Shown: positions 17,801 to 26,626, counted from the stretch's first letter. The stretch: DNA of 64,000 nucleotides from Alphaproteobacteria bacterium (GCA_965216755.1 CBDCGL010000011.1:2560001-2624000), one strand, 5' to 3'. Notes: generated by a model not told the origin, from the sequence alone. Made by a program: numbers and translations.

Positions 17801-17980
17801 GCGATCTTGGGCGTATTGAATGACAATGGCGAAGTGTTGGGCGGTCAGCGTTTGTTTGAAGAGGTCGCGGCGCGAGTCAATTTCGTCGCCCAGTCATACG
17901 GCCTTGAACAATTGCCGCAATATTCGCCGATCCGGTTTGCCGGCCATGAATCCGGCGACTTCTTTTTCGTGCCGCTCTAA
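14822..17980 (+). CDS. Exported Sel1 / long coiled-coil / caspase-like (peptidase C14) protein
   Basis: GGAGG RBS before ATG 14822; signal peptide with RRF motifs; Sel1 repeats; about 480-aa coiled coil; C14 domain 'YYALVIG...YYAGHG...VADSCYSG' with intact His/Cys dyad. Confidence 0.9.
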   Translation: MTVEAYETHPRRFGPRRFATLSARWGLFAALCLAMPGLVVSATSSPHGDWFIRPAAAATNVADKFTVVDCVLPGQVRKLGRRTTYLTARRATKTSILDCEIRGGEYVAYDRASYQTALNVWMDEAGAGDPQAQLYVGEIYEKGLGVAPDYDLAAVWYKKAAEQGLAPAQVNLGNLYEKGLGVPKDPDTALAWYRRASGLPDVGLDYMPFGDFAQQVEGLRQELASRTEQLELRTEELAQRTQEVEQLRGSLGQAQRSLHETTRQLSASQKAASAKQAELAAEQQALAAERAALTASTEAVKTERARLEAALQNAGGTDPAELQALQARLQESEQNVAKHRQALEIRNQQVTQLNSEVTQRNQEIAALQTVADSKDAEFAALKQELSEGSSGAVALRQQLDRREAELKQLTAKLSGTQTELETTKNALAARTSEATAQRQQLDSVRSELEAQQKALDALKAQQDGLVDKEEADSARNTLQMQLQDRADAYIQAEAEVARLNSALADSQGEVAQLQNQVNQLAVQATNQREQLASAELAVESSSATEDALKQEVERRAAEVGSLNQQLAELADTLQQKSAQLARREADSELASNQLAAAQQELSDTRTALEALQSDTTANTADLNQRIQALTAQYQAGQEKAAQLDAELADSRSEIGRLESQLANLEVTANSQEQELVTAEQQFVDAGPIIELIDPALLVTPEGRTIARTRGGIESRVLIGRVTAPSGLLTLTINDVEQQFDEQGLFRASLPVIGATTGVTISAVDSNGYRSALDFSLELDGSGEIAAPPTPEVKTPSQPPLVPIADVKFGNYYALVIGSNDYAHLPDLETAITDARAVSQVLRDKYGFIVTTLENATRYDILSAMNEFRETLTEEDNFLLYYAGHGELDRVNQRGHWLPIDAEPDSTANWISNVAIADILNAMNAKHVLVVADSCYSGALTRTALARLNTGMTQEQLTQWLKVMVQKRARLALTSGGLQPVYDSFGGDHSVFANAILGVLNDNGEVLGGQRLFEEVAARVNFVAQSYGLEQLPQYSPIRFAGHESGDFFFVPL

Positions 17981-18005
17981 ACCTGACCAAACCGAACGAC
18001 CATCG

Positions 18006-18038
18006 AAGGCCGCCGCCGCAAAGCGGCGGCCTTTTTTT
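18006..18038 (+). terminator. Rho-independent terminator after the caspase gene
   Basis: AAGGCCGCCGC-cgcaaa-GCGGCGGCCTT followed by a T-run. Confidence 0.85.
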
Positions 18039-18245
18039 CAGCCGGCAACCGGTCATGCCCACGGCAGCGTTGACCGACCGGTTCGTGGCGCCGGCCCTGC
18101 CGCACACCCAAAGACGCCATGGCCGAGCCTAATCCGGCACGACTTCACGGTACATCCCGTCGGCTACGCATCCATGGCAAGCAAATCGTTCAAATGCTTA
18201 TCCAACTGGCCGAGCGTCCGTGTCGGCGCCGAACAGAGCAAGATG

Positions 18246-18377
18246 GCCGCCGACGGTTTCGCCGGATTCAATCACGTGCCTTGAGCGCCAATTTGTTGCG
18301 CAGAGACTTAAGCATGTACATGCCTGAAAACCGGCACCGCTCACGACAGCATCAAAATCCGGCGTCGGGTTGGCCAT
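18246..18377 (-). pseudogene. Frameshifted 5' remnant of a Baeyer-Villiger/flavin-containing monooxygenase
   Basis: Joining frames across two small deletions gives MANPTPDFDAVVSGAGF-S-GMYMLKSLRNKLALKAR-VIESGETVGG (CHMO-like FAD-binding N-terminus). The sequence then diverges. Confidence 0.65.
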
Positions 18378-18518
18378 AATTCCCCCACACTTGGAGTAAG
18401 TCGTGGGTGAAATGCGTCCCCTTAGGGACTCAACGAGCCTGAGCACGTGAACCGAGAGCGCGCGTCCCCTGCCCCTGGGACCACGCGTCGTTGCAATCAT
18501 TCACAAAAACTATGGCCG
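18371..18518 (-). ncRNA. Candidate structured cis-regulatory RNA (family not recognised)
   Basis: Nested stems; the closing stem GGCCAUAGUUUUU/GGGAAUUAUGGCC is extended by G-U pairs only on the minus strand and covers the RBS and ATG of the BVMO remnant. Confidence 0.4.
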
Positions 18519-18714
18519 TATCGCGGGCCGACCGCAAGCACCCGACCGTGGACAAATCTGGGCTGTGCCGACCCCGGCGCGGTAGCCCTTGACCGTCGTC
18601 ACCGGATCGCCCGGGCGGGCGATGCCGAGCCATAGTTTCGCAGCGATACTGAACGACTGACGCCACAATGCAGAACGTGGCGTTTTGGTTGGCCAAACCG
18701 TCGAGGAGGCATCC

Positions 18715-19203
18715 GTGATCAACAAGCTCGTTGCGCTCGCCATGGCCGCAATGGTTGGGACCTCGGTGCACGAAATTCCAACCAGGGGATTCAAGCCAAC
18801 GGGAATGCTTGGCTGGAATGGCGTGGCAAGCAGCCGCATGGTCGCGGAAGATGACACTGTTTGGGTCGATGAGATTTCCGGAATGTTTTTCGCCGACGAC
18901 GGCGATACCAACCCGATGCATCTTGCGGTGGTCAAATGCCCGGGAGAACTCGATCCAGGTCTAGACGACAGCGCGATCAACATCTCCGGGTATTGCACCG
19001 TCGCCGACCGCGACAGCGATGTGGCGTTTGTAGACGTGGATAGCCCGTGGAGCGCGCACCCAGACGCGGCACCCGGCAGCTTCCGCTGGGCCGGCGGCAC
19101 GGGAAAATATGCGGGCCTCACCGGAATCAACACGTTCACCGCTGTCACAACCAATAAACGCGAAAACGGCAGCGCGTCGGGCTACGCCATTTGGAATCGT
19201 TGA
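18715..19203 (+). CDS. Secreted hypothetical protein (dirigent/allene-oxide-cyclase-like barrel suspected)
   Basis: GAGGAGG RBS before GTG 18715; signal-like N-terminus; 'GGTGKYAGLTG' motif; two Cys. Confidence 0.65.
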   Translation: MINKLVALAMAAMVGTSVHEIPTRGFKPTGMLGWNGVASSRMVAEDDTVWVDEISGMFFADDGDTNPMHLAVVKCPGELDPGLDDSAINISGYCTVADRDSDVAFVDVDSPWSAHPDAAPGSFRWAGGTGKYAGLTGINTFTAVTTNKRENGSASGYAIWNR

Positions 19204-19361
19204 ACGGGCGCTACGCGACATATTTTTCGTCAGGGCCGGGCTTGACCCGGCTACAAATAAACACAGGCGCGCGCGGCGGGTGCTACGGCCGAAGGTCTGC
19301 GTTTAGAGCGCCACGGGTAAAAGCGGAGAAGTGGCGCGCACAGCGCGCAACACTCAAACGC

Positions 19362-19712
19362 CTAGTCGTCGGTCTCGCCGCCTTGGGGGCCGTAGAAGAT
19401 CACCCACGTGCCGAAATCGTCGGTGAAATCTTCGAAGCGGTGTTCGACACCAGCGGCCACAAACAAGGCGTCGCCGGGACCAAACCGATGACGCTGGTCG
19501 CCATTGACGAAAAAGCCGGATCCTGCCGCAACGATGTAGATTTCGTCTTGCTCGTGGGGCGTCTGCGCGTCGACCCCGCGCGGCGCATAGTAGCGCAACT
19601 GCATGCTGCCATGGGTCATGAGCACAGCCGACCGTGCGCCTTCTATAATCGGCGCCGCAGTCGCCTGGGCCAGCGTCGCATGCCACTGTACTTCGTTGTC
19701 GTTTGTTGCCAT
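19362..19712 (-). CDS. Cupin-domain protein
   Basis: 'QTPHEQDEIYIVAAGSG...PGDALFVAAGVEHRF'. Confidence 0.88.
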   Translation of the reverse strand: MATNDNEVQWHATLAQATAAPIIEGARSAVLMTHGSMQLRYYAPRGVDAQTPHEQDEIYIVAAGSGFFVNGDQRHRFGPGDALFVAAGVEHRFEDFTDDFGTWVIFYGPQGGETDD

Positions 19713-19724
19713 GGCAATCAAGTC

Positions 19725-21248
19725 CTACTCGGCCGCGTCTTGTGCGTGGGCACTGTTGTCGGGGCGCCAGCGCAGCTTCGGGTGGCGGGCCGCCGCCGTT
19801 TCATCCAATCGACCACGCGGCGCGTGGCGCGGCTTGCCGTGAAAATAATCGACGTCCCCCGACCGCGCCCGCGCCAGAAGCCCCAGCATGACGTCACAAA
19901 ACATATCCAAGGTTGCGCGCGATTCGGTTTCGGTCGGCTCGATGAGCATGGCGCCATGCACGACCAGGGGAAAATAGATGGTCATGGGGTACATGCCTTC
20001 GTCGATCAGCGCTTTGGCGATATCAAGTGTGGTCAAGCCAGTGCCCTTGAGCGGCCCGTCGTCCAGCAGCACCTCGTGCATGCATGGTCCCGGAAATGAA
20101 CTGGGCCACCGTTCCGCCAAGCGCGCGCGGACATAGTTGGCATTGAGCACGGCGTCTTCGGCAACTTGCCGCAGGCCGTCGGCACCATGGCTCATCATGT
20201 AGGCCAACGCGCGCACAAACATGCCCATCTGGCCATGGAAGGCGCGCAGACGGCCAAATGAGTCTTCGCCGGCCGGGGCATCCGCGCCGGCGTGCTCAAT
20301 CAGGTCAAGACCATCGTCCGTCGCAACAATCCATGGGCGCGGCGCATAGGGCGCCAGTTCGGCCGTCATCACCACCGGCCCGGCGCCCGGACCACCGCCG
20401 CCATGGGGCGTGGAAAAGGTCTTGTGCAGGTTCAGATGCATGACGTCGACGCCCAGATCGGCCGGCCGCACGCGCCCGACGATGGCGTTGAAATTGGCCC
20501 CATCGCAATAAAACATGCCGCCGGCGTCGTGAACCGCGTCCGCGACCGTAATGATGTCTGATTCAAACAACCCGCAGGTATTGGGATTGGTCAGCATGAT
20601 CGCCGCGACATCTGACCCAAGCCGCGCCCGCAGCGCCGCCAGGTCGATCCGGCCGGTGTCATCGGACGGAATCGATTCAACCCGATAGCCACAAGTCGCC
20701 GCCGTCGCCGGATTGGTGCCGTGGGCGGAGTCGGGCACGAGCACGACTTGGCGTGCGTCGCCGCGTGCTTCCAGACAGCTGCGGATCGCCATGATGCCGC
20801 AAAGTTCGCCCTGGGCGCCAGCGGCCGGCGACATGGCCACCGCATCCATGCCAGTCAAGGCCTTGAGCCAGTCGGCCAGTGTTTGGATCAGCGCCAACGC
20901 CCCTTGCACGGTCTGCACAGGCTGCAGAGGATGGATATCGGCGAAGCCGGGCAGTCGCGCAAGCCGTTCGCCGAGCCGCGGATTGTGTTTCATGGTGCAC
21001 GACCCGAGCGGGAAAAAACCCAGGTCGATGCCGAAGTTATTGCGGCTTAGCCGCGTAAAATGACGCACGACCTCGGGCTCGGAAAGTCCCGGCAAACCGA
21101 TCGACGCGGTCCGTTCCATGCCGCCTAAGCGCGGCGTATCGAACGCGACCGTGGGCATATCAACGCCGGCGCGACTGGGATCGCCCTGTTCGAAAATCAA
21201 CGGTTCCTCGATCTGAAGGCCCCGATTGTCGGTGATCGTGTCGGTCAT
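19725..21248 (-). CDS. gcvPB: Glycine dehydrogenase (decarboxylating) subunit 2
   Basis: 'PLGSCTMKHNP','SAHGTNPA','HLNLHKTFSTPHGGGGPG'. Confidence 0.97.
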   Translation of the reverse strand: MTDTITDNRGLQIEEPLIFEQGDPSRAGVDMPTVAFDTPRLGGMERTASIGLPGLSEPEVVRHFTRLSRNNFGIDLGFFPLGSCTMKHNPRLGERLARLPGFADIHPLQPVQTVQGALALIQTLADWLKALTGMDAVAMSPAAGAQGELCGIMAIRSCLEARGDARQVVLVPDSAHGTNPATAATCGYRVESIPSDDTGRIDLAALRARLGSDVAAIMLTNPNTCGLFESDIITVADAVHDAGGMFYCDGANFNAIVGRVRPADLGVDVMHLNLHKTFSTPHGGGGPGAGPVVMTAELAPYAPRPWIVATDDGLDLIEHAGADAPAGEDSFGRLRAFHGQMGMFVRALAYMMSHGADGLRQVAEDAVLNANYVRARLAERWPSSFPGPCMHEVLLDDGPLKGTGLTTLDIAKALIDEGMYPMTIYFPLVVHGAMLIEPTETESRATLDMFCDVMLGLLARARSGDVDYFHGKPRHAPRGRLDETAAARHPKLRWRPDNSAHAQDAAE

Positions 21249-21280
21249 GCCCGCCTCAATGCAGTCGTCATCGCTGGCGC

Positions 21281-22642
21281 CTATGACAACGCGGCGGCGA
21301 GCGCCGTGACGTAGGCATCAATGTCTTCATCACTGTTGGTCTCCGTTGCCGCAACCAGAAGCAGATCCGCAAACGCGCCATGGTCGGGATAGAGCCGCGA
21401 CAGCGGGACACCGGCCAGCACCCTACGATCCGCCAACGCATCGACGACGTCGGCTGCGTTTGCTGGCAAACGAATAGAAAACTCATTAAAAAAGCTACGG
21501 TTGAGCACTTCGACGCCGTTGATCGTAGCCAGACGATCGGCCAAGCGGCAGGCGGTAGCATGGTTGAGCCGCGCCAGGTCAACCAGCCCCCGTTCGCCCA
21601 GCAGCGCCAGGTGGATCGTAACCGCCAGCGAACACAGACCAGAATTGGTACAGATGTTGCTGGTGGCCTTCTCGCGACGAATATGCTGCTCACGGGCGCT
21701 CAAGGTCAGCACCCAGCCACGTCGGCCTTGGGCGTCGACCGTTTCGCCAACCAACCGCCCCGGCATTTGGCGCACAAAACGGGTGCGGCTGGCGAACAGC
21801 CCAACGTAGGGCCCACCGAAATTCAGCCCGACGCCGAAGCTCTGGCCCTCGGCGACCACGATGTCGGCGCCCATGTCGCCCGGCGCGCGCAAGGCACCGA
21901 ATGCGACCGCTTCGGTAACCGCCACCACCAGCAACGCGCCAGCCTTGTGACATGCTTCTGCCAACGCCGTGACGTCGCGCACGACGCCGAAAAGATCCGG
22001 ATATTGCACCACCACGCAGGCGGTATCCCCGTCCACCACGGCGGCCAATGGTTCTTCACCCTTGACCACGACGTCGGGCGCGAAGGGCTCGCGCGTGATA
22101 ACCTCTAACTCAGTGAAGCGCGCCAGGGTCTGCACAACGTCGGCATAGTGTGGATGGAGCCCGCCGGACAAGACCGCCTTTTGCCGACGCGTGACGCGCG
22201 CCGCCATCAGCACCGCTTCGGCGCACGCGGTCGAGCCGTCATACATCGACGCGTTGGCTACATCCATACCGGTCAGCAGGGCCACTTGAGTCTGAAACTC
22301 AAACAGCGCTTGCAACGTACCCTGACTGATCTCCGGCTGATACGGGGTGTAGGCGGTGAGAAATTCGCCGCGTTGGATCAATGCATCAACGGCGGCCGGC
22401 ACATGGTGGCGATAAGCGCCGGCTCCCAAAAAGCTGGGCACCGCGCCAGCCGTCACGTTCTGTGCCGCCAGCGCCGTCAACTCGCGCTCAACCGCAAGCT
22501 CGCCGGCGTGGTTGGGCAATCCATTGATGCGATCGCGGCGCGCCGACTTGGGCACATCGGCATACAGGTCATCGATCGAGCCCACACCGACCGCGCCCAG
22601 CATGGCGTGACGATCAGCGTCGGTCAGCGGCAAGAAACGCAT
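21281..22642 (-). CDS. gcvPA: Glycine dehydrogenase (decarboxylating) subunit 1
   Basis: '[16 protein letters not shown]','NASMYDG','[17 protein letters not shown]'. Confidence 0.97.
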   Translation of the reverse strand: MRFLPLTDADRHAMLGAVGVGSIDDLYADVPKSARRDRINGLPNHAGELAVERELTALAAQNVTAGAVPSFLGAGAYRHHVPAAVDALIQRGEFLTAYTPYQPEISQGTLQALFEFQTQVALLTGMDVANASMYDGSTACAEAVLMAARVTRRQKAVLSGGLHPHYADVVQTLARFTELEVITREPFAPDVVVKGEEPLAAVVDGDTACVVVQYPDLFGVVRDVTALAEACHKAGALLVVAVTEAVAFGALRAPGDMGADIVVAEGQSFGVGLNFGGPYVGLFASRTRFVRQMPGRLVGETVDAQGRRGWVLTLSAREQHIRREKATSNICTNSGLCSLAVTIHLALLGERGLVDLARLNHATACRLADRLATINGVEVLNRSFFNEFSIRLPANAADVVDALADRRVLAGVPLSRLYPDHGAFADLLLVAATETNSDEDIDAYVTALAAALS

Positions 22643-22695
22643 GCGCGGTTCCTCAATGGTTGGCGACCGGTGGCATGAATGACCGGCGCGATTGG

Positions 22696-23073
22696 TTACT
22701 CGAGACCGCCGACATAGGCCTTGTAAGCCGTCTCATCCATCAATCCATCGACTTGCCCCGGATCGCGCATTTCGATCTTCAAGAACCAACCATCGCCAGT
22801 CGGATCGGCGTTCACCTTGCCGGGGTCCTCGGTCAAGCTCTGGTTCGTTTCCAGCACCGTGCCGGCGATTGGGGCATAGACCTCGCTCGCCGCCTTCACC
22901 GATTCGATCACAGCGGCCTCGTCGCCCTGGTCCAAGCTCTTGCCTGTCTCTGGCAAATCGACAAAGACGATATCGCCAAGTTGTTCTTGGGCATATGCGC
23001 TGATGCCGATCACGGCGGTGTCTCCATCAACGCGGACCCATTCGTGCTCTTCGGTATATTTCAGCTCACTCAT
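22696..23073 (-). CDS. gcvH: Glycine cleavage system H protein
   Basis: 'YTEEHEW','[13 protein letters not shown]' lipoyl-Lys motif. Confidence 0.97.
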   Translation of the reverse strand: MSELKYTEEHEWVRVDGDTAVIGISAYAQEQLGDIVFVDLPETGKSLDQGDEAAVIESVKAASEVYAPIAGTVLETNQSLTEDPGKVNADPTGDGWFLKIEMRDPGQVDGLMDETAYKAYVGGLE

Positions 23074-23117
23074 AGCGGCTTTCCCCAAGATTATGTGCGC
23101 CCATCATTGTTTGCGTC

Positions 23118-24239
23118 CTAATCACGATGATAGCGATGGGGCACAAACGGCATTTTTGTCACCTCTGCCGCGATTTGGCGGCCGCGCACGTCCAGCTGCA
23201 CCGTCACACCGGGTTTGGCGTGGGTCGCGGCGACATAGGCCATGGCAATCGGGCCCTCAACCGTTGGCCCGTAACCGCCACTGGTGACGCGGCCAATCTC
23301 GCGGGTCCCGTCCGCATCCAAAACGCGGGCGCCCACGCGCGCGATCGCACGGCCCTCAGGGCACAGACCGACCCGCCGCCTGGTCGGGCCATCGGTCAGT
23401 TGCGCGCTGATCGTATCGGCGCCGGGAAAGCCCCCTTCGGTGCGCCGGCGGCGACCGATGGTCCAGGCCAGCCCGGCCTCGATCGGCGTCGTTTCCGTAT
23501 CGATGTCATGGCCGTAGAGACACAAGCCCGCCTCCAGCCGGAGCGAATCGCGCGCGCCCAACCCTGCCAGCATGACAGCATCATCAGCAAACAAACTCTC
23601 CGCGACCGTTTCCGCATCGGCCGCGGCAACCGAAATCTCGAATCCATCTTCACCGGTGTAGCCGGAGCGCGAAACAATCGCATCGCACCCGGCGATACCG
23701 AAAGATGCCGAAGTCATGAAAGCAAGGCCATCGCTGCCAGGGGCCCGAGACGCCAAAACCCGCGCGGCCGACGGCCCCTGCAATGCCAACAACGCCCGAT
23801 CATATTGCGCGCTGACTTCGAGATCTTCACTGCGCAATGTGGCGACATGATCAAAATCGCTTTCCTTGCAAGCGGCGTTCACAACCAGACGCAAGCCGTC
23901 CTCGGTGGCCGTTACAATCAGATCATCGACGATCCCACCGCGATCATTGGTGAACATGGCATAACGCATGGCGCCCGGCGCCAATTCGATCAGATCGGCC
24001 GGGATCAAGGTTTCCAGGGCGGCGGCGACACCGACGCCAGTTACCGTGATCTGGCCCATATGCGAGACGTCAAACAATGCCGCATGCGCCCGGCAGTGGC
24101 GGTGCTCGGCCAGAATGCCCGCCGCAAAATGCAAGGGCATCGCATAGCCGGCAAACGGCACCATCTTGGCGCCACGGCCAAGATGAAACGCGTGCAATGG
24201 AGATTGTTTCAGATTGTCGCTTTGCGACGAAGCACTCAC
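23118..24239 (-). CDS. gcvT: Glycine cleavage system aminomethyltransferase T
   Basis: 'LFDVSHMGQ','SRSGYTGEDGFEI','GLGARDSLRLEAGLCLYG'. Confidence 0.97.
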   Translation of the reverse strand: MSASSQSDNLKQSPLHAFHLGRGAKMVPFAGYAMPLHFAAGILAEHRHCRAHAALFDVSHMGQITVTGVGVAAALETLIPADLIELAPGAMRYAMFTNDRGGIVDDLIVTATEDGLRLVVNAACKESDFDHVATLRSEDLEVSAQYDRALLALQGPSAARVLASRAPGSDGLAFMTSASFGIAGCDAIVSRSGYTGEDGFEISVAAADAETVAESLFADDAVMLAGLGARDSLRLEAGLCLYGHDIDTETTPIEAGLAWTIGRRRRTEGGFPGADTISAQLTDGPTRRRVGLCPEGRAIARVGARVLDADGTREIGRVTSGGYGPTVEGPIAMAYVAATHAKPGVTVQLDVRGRQIAAEVTKMPFVPHRYHRD

Positions 24240-24295
24240 AGCGTCAGGTCCTCGAGCCGCGTGCGGTCCGCCCTGTGCGTACCGTCACGTGCCCC

Positions 24296-24526
24296 CTCTG
24301 TCTGAGAACCTGAGAGATTCACCGGGCTGCTACCCCGCAGCCGCGGCTTACGCCTTCGGTGAGGCCATCGCTTGTCTTCGCAATGACCTGCTTTCCAGAG
24401 TATGTCGCGCCCGCCACGGTCCTTTTGCCTGAGAGTTTCCGGGGCGGTTGCTCCTTCGGCGCCGGCGCCCAACGGCTGACATCAATCTACGTGCCGGCGT
24501 TAGGGTCCGAACTCTCCCACGGCGGG
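24296..24526 (-). ncRNA. Tandem glycine riboswitch
   Basis: Aptamer 1 GGAGA...CGCCGAAGGAGCAA...AAACTCTCAGGCAAAAGGAC; aptamer 2 CTCTGGAAAG...CACCGAAGG...AATCTCTCAGG...ACAGAG; directly upstream of gcvT. Confidence 0.95.
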
Positions 24527-24574
24527 GAAGCCGCGTATTATATGGTGATCAAGGCGGTTCGCCAAGCATCGCGG

Positions 24575-25180
24575 TCACTGGTCGCGCAAGGCACGCTCAT
24601 ACGCCAATTGCTCGGGTGTTAGTTGAAAGCCCACGACAACCTCGTATTGCCAACCCGGAATATCGTCCGAGACCGGAATGTCGAGCGTGATTTCCTCTGG
24701 TTCCGATTGCACCGCTTGCGCAACCCCGCCCGGAAACGTGACTTCCGCCATGAAGGCTTGCTTTGTGACGACCTCTCGGTCGGGACCGACAACCGCAACG
24801 AAATAGGGCACGGTCTCGACCGTCTCGCGATCGGTCGCTTCCGCCGCGGGACCACGGCGCGCCGCAACCAACAAGACGACATCAAAGCTGAGTCCAATCA
24901 GCTCCTCATCGTCGATGTCATACTCACACTGTGAATAATCGACGCCGACGAACTGGGCTTCCAGCTCAATATTGGCGATACCAGGTTGTCCCTGCGGGCG
25001 GAAGCGCGTAAAGCGCTCGCCTTCGGCCAACACGCGCACATGGGGGCACGGCAAAGATTCGACCGCGAACGGACCATCTCCGCTACAGCCGACAAGCGTC
25101 GGCGCAACAAGGCTCAACGCGGCGATCGCGAGCATACGGCCGCGCATCTTGTTTCGTGATGACCTGCTTGCCGCTGTCAT
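24575..25180 (-). CDS. Conserved alphaproteobacterial lipoprotein (hypothetical)
   Basis: Lipobox LVG-C; 'CPHVRVL', 'VPYFVAV', 'VVVGFQLTPEQLAY'. Confidence 0.75.
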   Translation of the reverse strand: MTAASRSSRNKMRGRMLAIAALSLVAPTLVGCSGDGPFAVESLPCPHVRVLAEGERFTRFRPQGQPGIANIELEAQFVGVDYSQCEYDIDDEELIGLSFDVVLLVAARRGPAAEATDRETVETVPYFVAVVGPDREVVTKQAFMAEVTFPGGVAQAVQSEPEEITLDIPVSDDIPGWQYEVVVGFQLTPEQLAYERALRDQ

Positions 25181-25234
25181 GCCACCCTCTGCTTGGCCGT
25201 TGTCATCGCGCGCCGTCGCTCGGTCGGTCGTGGA

Positions 25235-25474
25235 TCAAAGTTTATTGTGCGTTCCATCGCAATGGGGTGCGTTGCTGGTTTGCTTGCACCCGCACAACCA
25301 CGCTGTGCCGCTTTCGTCGGCCTTGAACACGTGCGGCATCATGCCGGTGCCCGTGTGCGAACCATCGCAGAATGGCTGCTTTGCGCTGCGGCCACATCGA
25401 CACCACGCATAGTTTTTGCCGGCCTCAAGTGTCACCTCGAACGGCTCTTTCTGCGCAATCTGCGGTTCGCTCAT
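25235..25474 (-). CDS. Two-domain CDGSH iron-sulfur protein (CISD3/MiNT-like)
   Basis: 'WCRCGRSAKQPFCDGSH' and 'LCGCKQTSNAPHCDGTH'. Confidence 0.93.
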   Translation of the reverse strand: MSEPQIAQKEPFEVTLEAGKNYAWCRCGRSAKQPFCDGSHTGTGMMPHVFKADESGTAWLCGCKQTSNAPHCDGTHNKL

Positions 25475-25663
25475 ACCGCACTCCTCGCATCAATGGATTG
25501 TCGTGACAGGGTGAATTTGCAGACGGCCCACGCAATATCAAAGATACAGGCCGACCGCGCGGTCGGATTATGTCATAGAGCCCAGAGCTTTGCTATACAG
25601 CGCCCATGGCCGTTGCAGGTTAAGATCTGCGCTGGCTTGTGCGGACAATCTGGCGGCGAACGC

Positions 25664-26626
25664 GTGGCAGTTTATACACAACTCACAGAGCATGATCTTG
25701 AGCCGTTGCTCGCCAGCTACGAACTCGGCCGGTTGGTGTCCCTAATCGGCATCGCCGAAGGTGTCGAGAATTCCAACTACTTGCTACTGACCGATCGCGG
25801 CCGCTTTATCCTGACCATCTATGAAAAACGCGTGCGGCGCGAAGACTTGCCCTATTTTCTCTCGCTTCTGGCGCACCTGTCCGCACGTGGTTTTCCGAGT
25901 CCGCAACCCTTGCGCACGGCGGCGGGCGACATGCTCACCGATGTCGCCGGTAAGCCGGCCGCCGTCGTGACATTTCTTGCTGGCGTTTGGCCGCGCCGGC
26001 AATGGCCCGAACATTGCCGGGCGCTTGGTGGCGTGTTGGCAACTATGCACCGATTGGCAAGCGATTTTGACGGCTTCCGTGCCAATGATCTTTCCGTCGG
26101 CACATGGCGCCAACTGTTCAACCGCACGGCCGACGCGGCCGATGACGTGCAGACGGGGCTGCGGTCAAAGATCGAACGCGAGCTGGATATTTTGGAATCC
26201 CAATGGCCCGCTGACTTGCCGGCCGGTGTCATTCATGCAGATCTGTTTCCGGACAACGTGTTTTTTCAGCGTGGCGTGATATCCGGCGTAATCGACTTCT
26301 ATTTTGCGTGCAATGATTTCTTTGCTTACGATATCGCCGTGTGTCTGAATGCGTGGTGTTTCGAAATCGACGGCGCTTTCAACATCACCAAGGCGCGGCA
26401 TTTTCTGTCGGCCTACCGCGATGGCCGATCCTTTTCCGACCAAGAGCTACATATGCTGCCGTTGCTGTGCCGGGGCGCCACCATGCGCTTTCTGCTGACG
26501 CGCCTCTATGATTGGGTGAACACGCCGGTTGATGCCCTGGTGCGGCCGAAAAACCCACTGGAATATTGGCAGAAGCTGCGCTTCCACCAGGCCGTGTCAT
26601 CGCCTGCCGCGTATGGCCTCGACTAA
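25664..26626 (+). CDS. thrB: Homoserine kinase (type II, APH-like)
   Basis: '(M)AVYT...[10 protein letters not shown]...ILTIYEKR','[14 protein letters not shown]','IDFYFAC'; GTG start at 25664. Confidence 0.95.
   Translation: MAVYTQLTEHDLEPLLASYELGRLVSLIGIAEGVENSNYLLLTDRGRFILTIYEKRVRREDLPYFLSLLAHLSARGFPSPQPLRTAAGDMLTDVAGKPAAVVTFLAGVWPRRQWPEHCRALGGVLATMHRLASDFDGFRANDLSVGTWRQLFNRTADAADDVQTGLRSKIERELDILESQWPADLPAGVIHADLFPDNVFFQRGVISGVIDFYFACNDFFAYDIAVCLNAWCFEIDGAFNITKARHFLSAYRDGRSFSDQELHMLPLLCRGATMRFLLTRLYDWVNTPVDALVRPKNPLEYWQKLRFHQAVSSPAAYGLD

Noticed and set aside
18412-18436. Hammerhead-like 'UGAGUCCC-UAAG-GGGACG' segment
   Set aside because: The catalytic CUGAnGA and GAAA core is not present.
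25193-25663. Long N-terminal extension of ThrB in the ORF track
   Set aside because: It overlaps the real CDGSH gene on the opposite strand; ThrB homology begins at GTG 25664.
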